The translations under genes and the position numbers were made by a program. Below, piece after piece: positions 1 through 12,895 of a stretch of DNA of 64,000 bases. The notes beneath the pieces are model-generated. The model saw only the letters and a program-made list of their open reading frames with translations, was not told where the DNA came from and ran no database searches. Each line of letters opens with the position of its first letter. Position 1 is the stretch's first letter. The stretch is from Epiperipatus broadwayi. Its lineage: Eukaryota > Animalia > Onychophora. Location: NCBI GenBank assembly GCA_028023455.1, contig JAQFVV010000008.1:6572001-6636000 (forward strand). The letters run 5' to 3'.

Positions 1-299
1 GTTGGTTTGGCTACGAACTTTTAGTCTGAGATTGAATGATTTGTTTTGAAAAGTTATTAACTGTGGACTCTATGTAGCCTATCTATACCCAACATGCTAA
101 AGTAAAATATTATTAAAATGTCCATCTGTGTGGACTATTTAAAATAGTACTTTAAATTTAAAAATTAATACTAAAATCTAAATATAAATTTTATTCCTCA
201 ATTTTAAATGTGCTTAATAAAATCTATTGTGTTATTAGTACTGGCAGTGATCTAGTTTTTTGTTTTTTTTTAATCTTTATTAAAAATATATTTTAATAA

Positions 300-2100
300 A
301 TGTTTTAAAACCTCTGCATCTCCATGAGCTAGTGGCAAGGGCAAACGGTCAATAAAATAAAAGTTGGATTTTTAACTTGCGTATCTGCCTACTCTATAAA
401 TTTTCTAGGTTCAAGTAACCTAGTGGTGGCCCGTAGTGCAGATACGGTATGACTCAATTGATCTCCAGAAACCCCGATTGTTATACCATGGACCATCTCT
501 GACCTGCTTTTATTAATTACTGGCTTCTAGAAAGGATTTTTGTCTTTGTGTATATCTACTTGACTCTCCTGAAAAATTTTTTACTCTCAGGGCTATTAAT
601 TTTTTTAGTAATTGTTATTTTTACTCTCATTTCGCTGAACCAGTCTCATCCTGATCAAGGCTTGTACTACCTATAGTGGTAGTACTATAATTTTGCACTT
701 CCACATATCAGAGCTTCCACTACACCCTTTATTCTAATGGCATTTCATATCTAATGCCTTTAGATCAGTTTTTTGTATAATGGGTTTTCTCTTACATTTG
801 GAGGTAACAGTATATCAATCACGGACTGATATCAGTGATATGCTGCTCCCACTATCGACATGGCAGTAGACTCATCACATACTTTAATTTTGATCAATAT
901 TTTATTATTATCTGTTGTTGACATATTTTTAATCTTAGTAAAGTGCTTTTCCAGACCCTTCATTATACGGTTACTACTATTAGTGTCATTTCTATCTACA
1001 CTGAACTCTTTTTTGCACATATTTTCCATGTGCCCTCTTTTGTTGTTACTGCATTCACATCTGTAATAACAATTGCTAGCCTTGTGGCCATTTTTCCTGC
1101 AGCAAAAGCATATAAATAAATTTTTGCTGTTATCAATTTTCTCTTTACTGCTAGTGATTTTGTTTTCAATTGAGTCAAATGTTTTACAAACTTCTGTATG
1201 CTTTTTCCCACTCCAATTGAATTCTGCGTATTTTTTCAATTGCACCAGGTCTTCGTAAGCTGTACTATGATTTATAGCTTCACTGTAATCGAAATTAGTG
1301 ACCAACAGTAATTGTTGAAGTAAATTGTCACTTTATGCCTCTAAGGAAGTATTCTAGGTGGGGCTCATCTAAAAATGAATCATATCTGCAATTCTTTGTT
1401 ACATTCTGAAGTGACCAATTGAAATCTTTAATACTTTTCTCCCTATCCTGGTAACAGTCACAGAAATGTAACATGGGGACAAGTCTAGAGGGGAAGGGGT
1501 TAAAATAATAAATAGACAACTGCTCTTTAAATTGATTATACGAGCTTTCTTCCAGGGTGAAGGGTGCGACAAGTCTATTCACAATTTCACTCACCCTTTT
1601 CTCAGTGAAACATAAGTCTGTTGCAATTTTGTATTTATCATCTTCGATTTTATTTACAAAGAGATATTTCTCTATGTGTTGGACATATAAGGACCAATTA
1701 CTCATTTCAGTGATGTCAAATTTTCTTATAACCGATTGCATTTTTAACCAATCTTTTTACATAAATCTAACTTTTTACTTTTAATTCCTAATTTGAATCA
1801 ACTAACTGGGTGCACAATTTGACCTGAGCACAAATATGAGGGGTTTCAAACTACTGTAAATTCCCTTACAGTTTCAAAATTTGAACTGCCTTTATAATGT
1901 GCGCCAACTGGGATTCATATAACTTTCCCAGTCAAACTGCGGGCTGGGATTCATATAACTTTCCCAGTCAAACTGTGGGCTGCGCTATTATTATGAGCGC
2001 AGAATAATGAGATTCGTATCAAGACTGTGTAACTGCACTAATTATTATATACTGTCGGACATCTTATCTGCATACTTAATCATTCCCAGACTAACTTAAC
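300..2100 (-). mobile_element. Decayed Ty3/Gypsy (Mag-like) element: gag with two CCHC zinc knuckles, plus protease/RT debris
   Basis: ORFs 1328-1741 (FDITEMSNWSLYVQHIEKYLFVNKI...YQDREKSIKDF...) and 832-1305 (CFCCRKNGHKASNC, CECSNNKRGHMENMC) join across one stop into a Mag-type gag. Outer boundaries are approximate. Confidence 0.8.
1908..1982. repeat. 36-bp direct tandem duplication
   Basis: ctgggattcatataactttcccagtcaaactg(c/t)ggg starts at 1908 and at 1944. Confidence 0.9.
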
Positions 2101-2949
2101 AATAATAATTCCCCAGTAACAACACCACTTTATTAGATTGAGATTAAATGCAATTTAATAATAATACTCTTAGCAACTGTTAATCGAACATTGCAAATTA
2201 TATATACATCTATATACATTACATATATATATATGCTCATAGGCTTATAAAAATATTATTGAAGATCAATACGACCTGTATGAGTCCTAGCTGGCTGTTT
2301 ACATGTTCAGAGTCCAGCTATCGCACTTGAAGTCTCTGTTCTATTCGGGTGACATTCTGCAACCATTTATAAGTCTATGTGCACAAGTGGAGCTCCAAGG
2401 ATCAAGTGTCCTTTTCTTGATCTAATTTGCACTGAGTCCATTCATTGTTTCACTCCCTAAAGCTGATTGACTCATATTCCTGTCCATCCGCTCAAGTGAT
2501 TCTTTCTTTCACTGCTCACATGCCGGATACAAGAATTTAACCATTATATATCTGACTTTAATTAATAAGTTATTTTTTGCTTACATTTTATAATCATAAA
2601 GGAAATCTAAACTAATTACTTTAATTGTTCACTATCCCATTATAATACTGGATTTACTCTCATTAATTTAACTGCTTTTTTTTTTACAAAATAATCTTTT
2701 TTTCTAATCTTACAAATTTATAAATAACTTTTATTTCCTATTTTAAAAGGATCAGTCTTTTAAAATTCTTTAATTCATTTATAACTTACTATCTATTTCC
2801 ATTTTACCTTTATATGTATGAGCTTCCAAATACATATCAGACTTCAAGATTGCATTTCATGCAAACAGTCAGGAAAACAAAATTTTAATTATAATTACTA
2901 TGTAGGATTATTTAATCATTTACTATCAAAACAGTCCCACATATTTTTA

Positions 2950-5050
2950 AGGCGTGAGGAGCATGGTCACTGAATAACATCCTTTTGACAACTTTGGAAG
3001 GGTCAAACAAATAAAGTTTGCAGCAAACTATAAAAATTCCTGGCCAAACTTAATGCAAACAGATGCACCTGGAGAAGGTATGAACTCAAGTTTCTAAGAC
3101 ATATCTTCTATAAGAGTAAAATACACTTTTCAGATAACATCTGAGCAATAAAAAACATCTTGAGATTGAAAAATACAAAAGAGCTAAACTTTCTAAGGTT
3201 TAATAAATTATTTAAGAACTTCCTGATGGGAAAGGTAAATTACTAAAAAAAAAATTATCTGGAGGAGAGTACAGAAAGAAGCCGTTGTAAAGCCAGCACA
3301 GCATTTTTACCGTGCTGCTGATATCAAAAAAAAGCTAGTATATTATAATAATAAGTTATATATTATATTGACCACAGACACATTTGAGTAATTATCCATT
3401 TAACATACATAGAAAAAAGATCAGTAGCTTAGATGACCAAAATATTCTCGAGAGCTGAAAGAAACTATAGGCAACTGGATGAAAGAAGCATTGGCTATTA
3501 TCTTTGTAGTCAAGAAATACCATCAATATATGTAGTTGGAAGTTTATGATAATAATTGATTACTAGCAGTGACAAAATTCAAACGAAGTCAGACTTTTCT
3601 AGATCATAAATGCTATGCTTGATTGAAATACTAGCAGTTTGTGATTAATATATTAGAATATAGAAAGTTAAATCCAACATGCAAATGTATTATCCAAATT
3701 CCAAATAGAAAGAAAAAATATTGGACATAAGCAAGAAAACAACATTAGTCATTTTAAAATCAGAGACATCACAATAGTCTCTTGATGGATAAAAAAATGA
3801 TCTATGGGATAAGCAAATAATAAATTGCTTAAGTAAAACATTAGCCAAATAAATAACCACAGATTCTTCATGCTATGTTCTATAATGCCCAAGAATACCT
3901 TTCGGTAAATTAAGGCGTATTTTTGTTAGAGATAATCATAATACTCTGTGAAGAAAGTAACATGATACTTAAACTGATACATGAGTCATGCGGGGATAGT
4001 TAGGGTCAAAGCTCTGATTCGATACTACATATGATGACCAAATAGAAATGTGAATATCAAAATCTTTCCAAAAAAATGTAGAATCAGTCCACAGCTAACT
4101 TTTCAAAAAAAAAAAAAAAAAGATGATTTATTATGGTCCAAAGCGAATAAACCATAGCTGCTTTTATATATGACTCATATTAACCATTCAAAGGTGATGT
4201 TTTTTTGCATTGATGGTTTCACTCTAAAACTGACGGAGTACAAGATTGTAAAAAGCATAAGTGCACTACACAGATCCCCAGAAATATAATAGCAATTTAC
4301 TCTATACAATATTGCTACTTAGTGCAAATCATAGTAATCAATGGATACCAGTAGTTAATGCATCAAAATTCATATTTAGTGCTACTCATCCAGTATCCCC
4401 AGACTAGTTTCTTGTTTATTGTTTTTGTCAGTGAGGAGCTCACTGATAAAAACTTTTATCATCCATTGATTACTATGGCTTGCACTAAGTGGCAATATTG
4501 TATGCAGAAAATTGCTACTGTATCAACAGATTATGTAAGCATAAGAAATGGTGATCATATGATATTATAGTAGTTTAATCTCAGAAACACTGATAATAGG
4601 ACTAGATTTGATATGTAAATTTCACTATTGAATGGGAATACATCATTATATTACATTTAGACTCTAGGGGTCTGGCTAAGAAGATTGATCATCAATTGAA
4701 AAAGGTCTTTAATAGAGAAATATTGGGTATTCAAGAAATAGTATAGCTAGCTTTATTATATCATCATTATATAACTACAATAGCTCTAGAAAAATCTCCA
4801 GCTGAACTTTTGTTATATCATAATTTAAGGAGAAAACTTTTTTTTAATCATAAGTTAAAGATCAGGTATTGATTTGTGAACCAGACAAAAGTTATATAGT
4901 AAACAAAAAATTTGAATAAGAAATACCTTGGAAAAAACCTCAATGAAAGGAATAATAATAAATGTGCTCTCTATACAAAATAATATAATATGAATGGAAG
5001 TATTACATTTTTTTGTGGAGTTAAAAAAGAACCTCAGTTAAGCACTCAAA
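2950..5050 (+). mobile_element. Heavily decayed Ty3/Gypsy pol remnant (RNase H, integrase)
   Basis: Fragments EALAIIFVVKKYHQY (about 3484-3530; RNase H consensus EALAIIFGVKKFHQY), LIHES..G.VRVKALIR and LEKSPAELL. Many stops and frameshifts. Confidence 0.7.
4321..4570. mobile_element. Family-1 HHR repeat copy (degenerate) with internal inversion, inserted in the Gypsy remnant
   Basis: Shares gtaatcaatggat...tccccagactagtttc...tcagtgaggagc with the copies at 15.9, 55.7, 56.2 and 61.3 kb. 4321-4346 is an inverted repeat of 4461-4486. The core on the - strand reads CTGACAA (G8 lost). Confidence 0.75.
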
Positions 5051-5287
5051 TTGAAGACAAAGAAATATAGCAAAACAATTAGTCAAGTGATACGCCAATC
5101 TGGTAATCATCTGAAACCCAGGCAAGTCTGATGGCATTTATGTGTTACATGCCGTTTCTGTGGCTGGCCTTATGGCTAGTACAACATTTATATTGTATTA
5201 ACCCATTGCAGGCTGCTTTACATGACATTGCACAAAAATATTACAGCCTGTTTTGTGCTCCGAAACTATTTACGCGTATTTAATCTA

Positions 5288-5393
5288 GTTGTACCGACTT
5301 GAAATTAAAACACCCTCAAGCAATACGGTAATATATATTAAATAATATATTACCGTATTGCTTGAGGGTGTTTTAATTTCAAGTCAGTACAAC
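5288..5393. repeat. Near-perfect 106-bp palindrome (about 50-bp arms)
   Basis: gttgtaccgacttgaaattaaaacaccctcaagcaatacggtaatatat ... atatattaccgtattgcttgagggtgttttaatttcaagtcagtacaac, one mismatch in the arms. Confidence 0.95.
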
Positions 5394-5805
5394 TTTTCAA
5401 ATCTCCATAATAGAGTCATGTCATTAATATTTAAATGATGTTATTAATTACTAATAATTTTCATATGGTCCCCACCCGTTCCTAAAAAAAATGTTAATAT
5501 GTAAAAAATTGGCAATGGGTATGTTCGAACATGCTTGGATAATGCTCACGCGCTAAGTCACGTTTCAGCGTGGAAAATATACGAGACCAATAAAAAGTCT
5601 GAAAAGAACATGCAATTTTTAAACTTGTCAGAATTGCCGAGTACAGAAAGTGAGGGAGGCTGTGTCCTTTTTTCAGGCACATAATGTCCTCCCAAATACC
5701 ACAGTTTTTATTACAGCAATAAAATAATAAATAAGTTCAAAAAGTCCAAAGTTTGTGTACTTTTTTTTTTTTTTTATTTCATTAGAAATTGACAAGTATT
5801 TGGAT

Positions 5806-6540
5806 TATCTTTTTTCAGCAGGGTTAAAATATAGGACTATTTTTGTTGACTTTTTGTTAATAATAACAAAGTATGAAAGACCCCCAAAAAAGCAGTTTAT
5901 TGTAGAAGAACGCAAAAAAAAAAAAAAAAGGCAATTCAAATGAAATATAAATAAAAGTAAAAAGTGAGAAAAAGTTGTTGAAAAAAAAAGAAATTATTGA
6001 ATTTTTGTTACAATTATTTTTCCGAGTGTGGGGATGGGGGTTTCAAAACAATTTTTTACCCCTAAAAAACACAAAAGTTACTTTTGATTTAATAAGAAGA
6101 AAAACAATTTGGTCAACAAAAAAAAAAGGTAGAAAAAATTCAAAACTATTCCCAAATAATTGCATTATATTTTTTCAGCAGGGTTAAAATAAATGACTAT
6201 TTTTGTTTACTTTTTGTTAATAATAACAGTACGAAAGCACTCAAAAAAAGCTGTTTATTGTAGAAGCCAAAAAAAAAAAAAGGCTAATTCAAACGAAAAT
6301 GAAAAAAAGTTGTTTAAAAAAAAGAAAAATTATTGACTTTTTGTTGCAATTATTAATCCGAGGGTGGGGGTTTCAAAACAATTTTTGAACCCCCAACAAC
6401 CCAAAAGTTACTTTTGATTTAATAAGAAGAAGAAAAACAATTTATTCAACCCAAAAAAAAAAAAAAAAGGTAGAACAAAGTCGAAACAAGTCCCAAATAA
6501 TTGTACCATTATAATTTTTCGGCGGGGTTAAAACAAGTTT
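5806..6540. repeat. Tandem array of about 350-bp units (about 2.1 copies) inside the Merlin element
   Basis: Anchor tttttcagcagggttaaaa at 5811 and 6171, with a variant at 6515; downstream sequence is collinear between units. Confidence 0.85.
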
Positions 6541-7035
6541 TTTCATCGTGAAACAGCCCAAAGTTGTTAAAATTCAGAAAAATAAACACAAAATTTGTTG
6601 AATAAAGAAAAATGTCAAGTTAAAAAAAAACAATGAAAATAAATATAAAAATTTGTTTAATACAAAAGAAATCATGTTATAAATGAAATAAAAATTTGTT
6701 TAATCAAAAAAAAAAAAATCATGTTATATAAAAAAAAGTTGTGGCAGCCCAGTAACGTTACATTTGATTGATTTTGTACAGCATCAGCGCCCCAAGTGGC
6801 CATGCCCGGATTTCAGATGATTACTGCCAATCTATTTATTCTTCACCAGCGAACATTCAAAGAAAGAAAAGAATATAGAGATTATTACTATACTTAAGAG
6901 ATTATACTTGAGAAAAGAAGAAAACTTGTTATTCTTTCTAGTTTGGGTGAGAATCAATATACATGTGTGTCATACCATTTACAACTTTTTTTAACACTTT
7001 AATAATACTATTTTTTATATCAAAACTTTATATTA

Positions 7036-7623
7036 ACAATTTTGACTGTCCTGCAGTCATCAGAGCTACAATAACCAAATATATAATTATACAATTAACA
7101 CATTTTATACACATTCATATACATAATTAAATACATAAATAAAATATATATTTTAACCTATCATTATAAATAATCATTTCTCTTTTTATTACTTTACTCT
7201 TAATTAATTCTATCCACATTTATTTTATATTACTTTATTTTACTTTTAAAACTTATTTATTATAATTTTAATTCTAAAAAACTTTATTTTTTTATTCTAT
7301 TATTTAATACATATTACTGTCTTTTTATTTATATTTTTAATCCACTTCTTATTCTTATTAAATATTTTATAATTAACTTTTTCCACATTACAAATTATTT
7401 TTTTTACATTACAAAAATTACTTCTTTACAATCCTATTTCCAAAATCCAACTGACAAAATTTTCAAAACTTTTATATTTGTTTAACACCTCCCTCTACTG
7501 TCATTTTCTTCAACTTTATTTTTTTAACATTTTCCATATTCAAACTACAATTATTTATAAAATTGTTGTCCTAACCCCAAAATCCCTATTAAGATTTGAT
7601 TCTATATTTAATATAGTATATAT
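7036..7623 (-). mobile_element. Penelope-like element 3' remnant: GIY-YIG tail, 3' region and degenerate family-2 HHR
   Basis: The - strand of 7560-7610 encodes NIESNLNRDFGVRTTI (the LNRDxG tail typical of PLE endonucleases). The - strand of 7036-7068 reads CTGATGA-CTGCAGGACAGTC-AAAA. Confidence 0.6.
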
Positions 7624-8979
7624 TATAACGTTTTCCGCCTTGCTAGGTCTCTGTAAGCATATAAACTGCGCGAGTTGATCAAGTTACGTAAAAAAAAAGA
7701 AAGATGTTTCATATTTTTATTTTAAAAAAAAAGAACATTTCATTATTATTCTAAAAACATAACTATCTTTCCTGATCAACTCGGTCTAGAATTGTTGCGA
7801 GTACAATTGCAAGCTGAATCAGTTTTTTATTTTATAAATGAGGGTGCCAGAGTCGCTTAGACTCACTGATTCTGCATCAAACAATCGTAAGTCGTAAAGT
7901 AGGAAAAGACATTCCCCTTTGACTTAGATTAAGAAAATAAATCTACTTAGCAAAGGTAATTTATACTCTCATTTGATTTTAAATAATCAAAACTAAAACT
8001 TAAATATAATAACTCTAAATTTATACACGTACAATGAAAGTTATGTTAATAACAAAGATTTAATATTTATGATAAATGAAAAATTATAACATTGGAAAGT
8101 ATTGTGCACTACAAATTTAATAATTTGATTCAAATATTGAAATAATAGCTAGTTTGTGTCTTATTTTTCCGTGGTAACAGTTCATACACTGCTCAGTTCG
8201 CAAATCTTTATATCAAAAAATTATAGGATCAACATTTCATATACACATCTCAGTTCATAAAGCTTTATATAAAGTTATGGCCATTAACTTACCAGTAAGT
8301 TGATATTAAGTAGATCATTGATCCTCCAACGTCCAATTCCTTCAGTGGATAGTCCGCAGTAGTTTTTTTTTGTTGTTGTTTTACTCCTTCCAAATCTCCG
8401 ATCAATATTTAGGTAGAGTCAGACGGCGATCTAGGTAATTTTTCTCGAGAGAAAGTGTCGGCAAATGATAGAGTTCTACTCACTCACGGAGAGCGGTTTC
8501 AGTTCATATCTAAGTGGACACAATTTTATTTTATTTTTTTTTTATATATAAAAAAATACGAGGCACTTCAAATTGCTCACTCTCTGGAACAACAAGACAA
8601 AGACACTTTTCAAATCTGTCAGCTCCTTTTATATCCCCAGATTCTTTTTAGAAGTTCTGCGCATATTCCTTTTTGCCTTTTGTTCTATTTTATAAACTTC
8701 TACATTATTTCTCATTTTTTTATTACAAAGTCTCTTCTCGTTATGAATTTCTGCCATTTTTAATTACTATCAGAAAGTCGTTTATGATAACAATCATAAA
8801 CCTTTGGAATTTCCTTTCACTATTTGAAACAATTATTCGTTATGCACTTTCCAATGTCAAATTTATTTTAGTTAAATTATATATATAAAAAAAATTAAAG
8901 ATTGGGTTCTCTCTTTTTTATTTAAATGATGTACAATATTAAATAGTAATTTGTACCATATATATAAATAAACGGTACA
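7624..8979 (-). repeat. 3' LTR (1356 bp)
   Basis: Direct repeat of 12896-14299; - strand begins TGTACC and ends GTTATA. Confidence 0.9.
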
Positions 8980-9099
8980 ATACCACCGGGGCAGGGGAAT
9001 GAGAATAAAATAGAGGTTTAAACTAATTTTATTCTTAATAAGTCTTTATGGAGTACTTTTAACCCATGTCCTAGTCTTATACGGTTTCAGTTACTTAGC

Positions 9100-12000
9100 G
9101 TTATAGATACCCCTTTCTCCTTCACCATTTTCTAAAGTGAAAGCATTGGGACCATCCCGTCGGCTGATTTGGTAAGGTCCCTCGTACAAATTTTGGAAAT
9201 TTTAAAAATATGCTGGCCAGTTTGGCTCACGGGGTTCATTTTGACCCATACCGTATCCCCTGTTTTAAACTTATCAGTCAGGACTCCTTTCCGCAGGGTT
9301 TGGAGCTTGGCTCAGTGTTTCAATTTTTTTCTTGCTTCTTCGTGATCTCTCCCTTTACCAATGTTTTCTGGACTAGTGGGTAATGTGGATTTATACAATC
9401 GAGGTACCGCTTGTCCGAATTGAAGTCTTACAGGTGCAAATTCGATGGATTCATTACGAGTCCAATTTATGAAATTTAACACCCTTGGGAGTTGTTTCAC
9501 CCATCCTCTGTGGTTGGATGCAGTATATATCCTGAAGAGGCATCCCAACTCTCTCATCACCTGCTCGCAAGGGTTGGATTGCAGATTTCGTATGGATGAC
9601 AATATGTGTTTTACCTCTATCCACTGTTGCCAATCATAAGATGTGAAAGGCGTACCATGGTCCGACAAAATAGCTTTTGGTCTGCCTACCCTTTTAAAAT
9701 ATCGTACCTCAAGGGCCAGTATGGCATTCCTAATATTAGCCTGGGTCACCGGATATGCCGACACCCATTTTGAAAAAAGGTCATATACCACTAGTAATTT
9801 CATTTTCCCAAAAGCTGGCAATGGTCCATAGAAATCAATAGCCACCAGGTCATTGGGTTCCTTAGGGATGATAGGGTTCAATGGACCTTGATATGACTTG
9901 TTTGCTGGTTTTGTCTTCCGACAAATCTCGCAGGAACTTACTATCCTGGCAACCTGTGCTCTCATTCGGCCAATGGAACCATGTCCTCAATAAGCCTTCC
10001 ACTTTATTTACACCATAGTGCCCATACAAATGATGGGTGTACGTAATAAGTCCTTCCTGTAAACTCTCTGGTATAATCATTCTCCCCTGATCCCTTTGCG
10101 GGTCAGTCATATACCGCAGGATCCCTTCTTTCAGGCAGTATCTCTCACCAGCGTTAGTATCTGCTGTTTCTCCCACTTCATTTTGTCTTCTAGTTGGTCA
10201 ATAATTTTTTTGTAGGTAGGGCTTTGCCGTTGTACCTTTCCTAAGTGTCTCAATCCTTCTTCTACTACAGCGTCTGTTTCTAATTCTACACTTGCCAAAC
10301 AGATATCTTCCATCTGCAGATGGTCCTGGGTATCAGGAACAATATTCCGGCTCAATGTGTCGGCTACCACATTTTCAGTGCCCTTACAATACTGGATGGA
10401 ATAATTGAACTCATGGAGAAAAAGGCTCCATCTGATTAGCCTACTATTTGTTAAATAACTGTGGTTTAAGAATTCCAGGCTCTTATGATCTGTCCTAACA
10501 ATCGTTTCTGATCCTATCAAGAATTGGCGGAACTTCTAAAATGCCCACACCACAGCCAAGGCCTCTTTCTCTGTTACACAGTAATTAATCTCTGCACCTC
10601 TCAATGGTCTGCTGACAAAATAAATTACGCCCAAGGTACCATTCTCTTGAGCTTGCATAAGAGCTGCACCTAACCCTTACCCATTACTGTCTACTTGAAC
10701 AGTAAACGGTTTCCTTAGGTCAGGGTAAACCAACATCACTTGGCTAAGAAATTTCTCTTTAATAACCCTAAAATTGTTCTCGTGCTCTTCCGTCCATTTC
10801 CATGACGTTCCCTTACATAATAATTGCTGCAGAGGCTCCATGTCTAAAGCAAAGTTTTTGTAAAATTTATTGGTAGAAATTACACAGCCCCAAAAATGAT
10901 CTCACCTGTTTTGGTGTTCGAGGGGCTGGAAAATCTCGTATTGCCTGGATTTTGTCAGGGTGGGGTCTGATTCCATTTGCATTACTTAAGTGCCCTAAGA
11001 AATTCACTTCTTCCGCTGCTAAACAGCTTTTTTTGTAAATTAATGCGAATATCCTTCATATTGCACTCTTGTAGAAACAACTTGAGGTGTTGTAAGTGCT
11101 CATGAGAGTTATTAGATGCAATAATCACATCATTCATGTAGATAGTGATTAACTTTTTGATCTCAAGGGACAAGTACACGGTCAAGACATTTTAGCAGAC
11201 CTGCTTCACTATTCTTAAGACCAAAAGGCATTCTGCTAAATTGGTATGATATACCATTATATCGAAATGCTATGTATTTCCGGTCATCAGGGTGTAACTT
11301 GATCTGCCAATAGCTGGCAGTCAGATCTAATGTGGAAAATATCTCTTTTTCCCCTGAATTTATTTACCAACTCATTAATTGGAGGTGGAACATTTTGATC
11401 CGGCCATGTAGTTGTTCAATTGCCTGGCATCCAAACACAGTCTTATGGCTCCATATTTTTTCTTTACAACCACCAATGGGTTATTATTATATGCTGACGA
11501 AGCCTTAGTAATAATATCCCACTCCTCCATTTTAGCTAATTCTTTCTCTACCTCAGCTCTCTCTATATTGGTGTGGCTCTGGGGATGATCTTGCCTAGTA
11601 TGGTGTACTGTCAGCAACCCTGATCCTGTGCTTATACTTTAATAACCCTGGGTTTATCTGAAAATTTTGATTTATATTCAATTAGAACTTCTTTTAAGTC
11701 CCCTTTCCATTCTTTCTTCACCTCATTTATTATCTCATCAATCCGTGGCTCTATTGAAGGATGTTCTATCTCAGCCTTCATATTACAAACGTTTTGCTGA
11801 TTCACTCTCATCTGTGACCCGAACTCCATTTCTTCCCCTTTGCCGATAATCTTTTCATCTTTATAATTGATCACATACCCAGTTTTGTGCATAAAGTCTG
11901 ACCCCAATATGGCTTCATGTACCAACCCTTTTAGAATTTAATAACGTGTGGGGTATAATTTTATCTCCTATTTTAATTTGTACCTAAACTTTGAGCCCAA

Positions 12001-12200
12001 TTGTGCCTTTTTGTTATTTGCCAATGTTATTTGTGTGCTTTTTACCGGTAGAATTGGTATCTCTATGGGTTGGCTCCACATGTGTTCATACGTTGTTTCC
12101 GACATTACTGATATCTGGCTGCCAGAATCCCACAATGTGTCTACCTTGACATCGTTTATTTGTAAAACAACCTTTGAGCATTCTTGAGACGTGTAATTAA
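9100..12200 (-). pseudogene. Fragmented pol (PR-RT-RNase H-IN) of the LTR element
   Basis: ORF pieces 11632-11925, 11375-11617, 10982-11185, 10131-10520, 9862-10176 and 9312-9965 are collinear pol segments split by frameshifts and stops. Confidence 0.9.
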
Positions 12201-12876
12201 TCGATTCACCATCCCACTCACAAATAAGATTATCCTTTTTTCCTCTGTTGTTCTACTGATCACTTTATTTCTTCTCTTTTTTCCTCTTTTTTTTTTTTTT
12301 TTTTAAAGAATTCTCTGACCATCTCTGCCGTTTCTTTCTTTATATCTTCTTTGAATTCCATTTTGAATTCGTGTAATAGTTTTCTTATGAAGGGTTCCAC
12401 GCCCTCTTTCAATTCTTTCTCGCCTTCTGCCATATTTTGTATATTTTTACTACTTCTCAATTTCATATATGGCTGTGTTGTTTATTTTTGCTATAGTAAA
12501 CAAAATCTTAACTTCATCAATTGTTACGATATAAATTCAATATTTTATTTTGCTAATATATTCGTTCACCGACACCCCTCTCTTTTATCGCCCTATAATC
12601 TCCCGTCCCTCTCTACCTTTTTCGTCATTGCTAACCTTTGATCGGTTTTATTTATTATTTAATTTATAAGCTATTATTTTATTTCAATATAATCTTATTT
12701 AAAATCTTACACTCTTATCCTACTCTTCAAAAAAAAAAACTTTTGTAATCATGCGCAATAACTTTTTAGACTTGCGCACTATTTGTGGTCATATTTATTT
12801 TCCGGCTATGGACATTAAATTCTCAATTTTATGCCGTTTTTAAATTTTCTCAGGCCGTGGTTTTTTTTTTTCATAA

Positions 12877-12894
12877 GCCCAAGTTGGGTCGTCA
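12877..12894 (-). promoter_or_regulatory. Primer-binding-site-like sequence, degenerate tRNA-Lys type
   Basis: The - strand reads TGACGACCCAACTTGGGC, 1 nt after the 5' LTR; it resembles the tRNA-Lys PBS TGGCGCCCAACGTGGGGC. Confidence 0.6.
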
Positions 12895-12895
12895 T

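Larger units (their letters stand above)
5102..6825 (+). mobile_element. Non-autonomous Merlin (IS1016/ISXO2-like) DNA transposon
   Basis: TIRs (g/a)gtaatcatctgaaa.cc.ggca; 8-bp TSD gccaatct (5094-5101, 6826-6833). Transposase N-terminal relic from 5610: MQFLNLSELPSTESE/EAVSFFQAHNVLPN. Confidence 0.85.

Noticed and set aside
2060-2600. Candidate LTRs or solo LTRs (also 35190-35430, 36700-37140, 49950-50600)
   Set aside because: LTR-like composition but no second copy, TG..CA ends or TSD demonstrable in the window.
11265-11290. CTGATGA...GAAA matches inside pol (also 15755-15790 in Merlin and about 36330-36350)
   Set aside because: They fall in coding motifs (HPDDRKY, TDES) or have no room or pairing for stems II and I.
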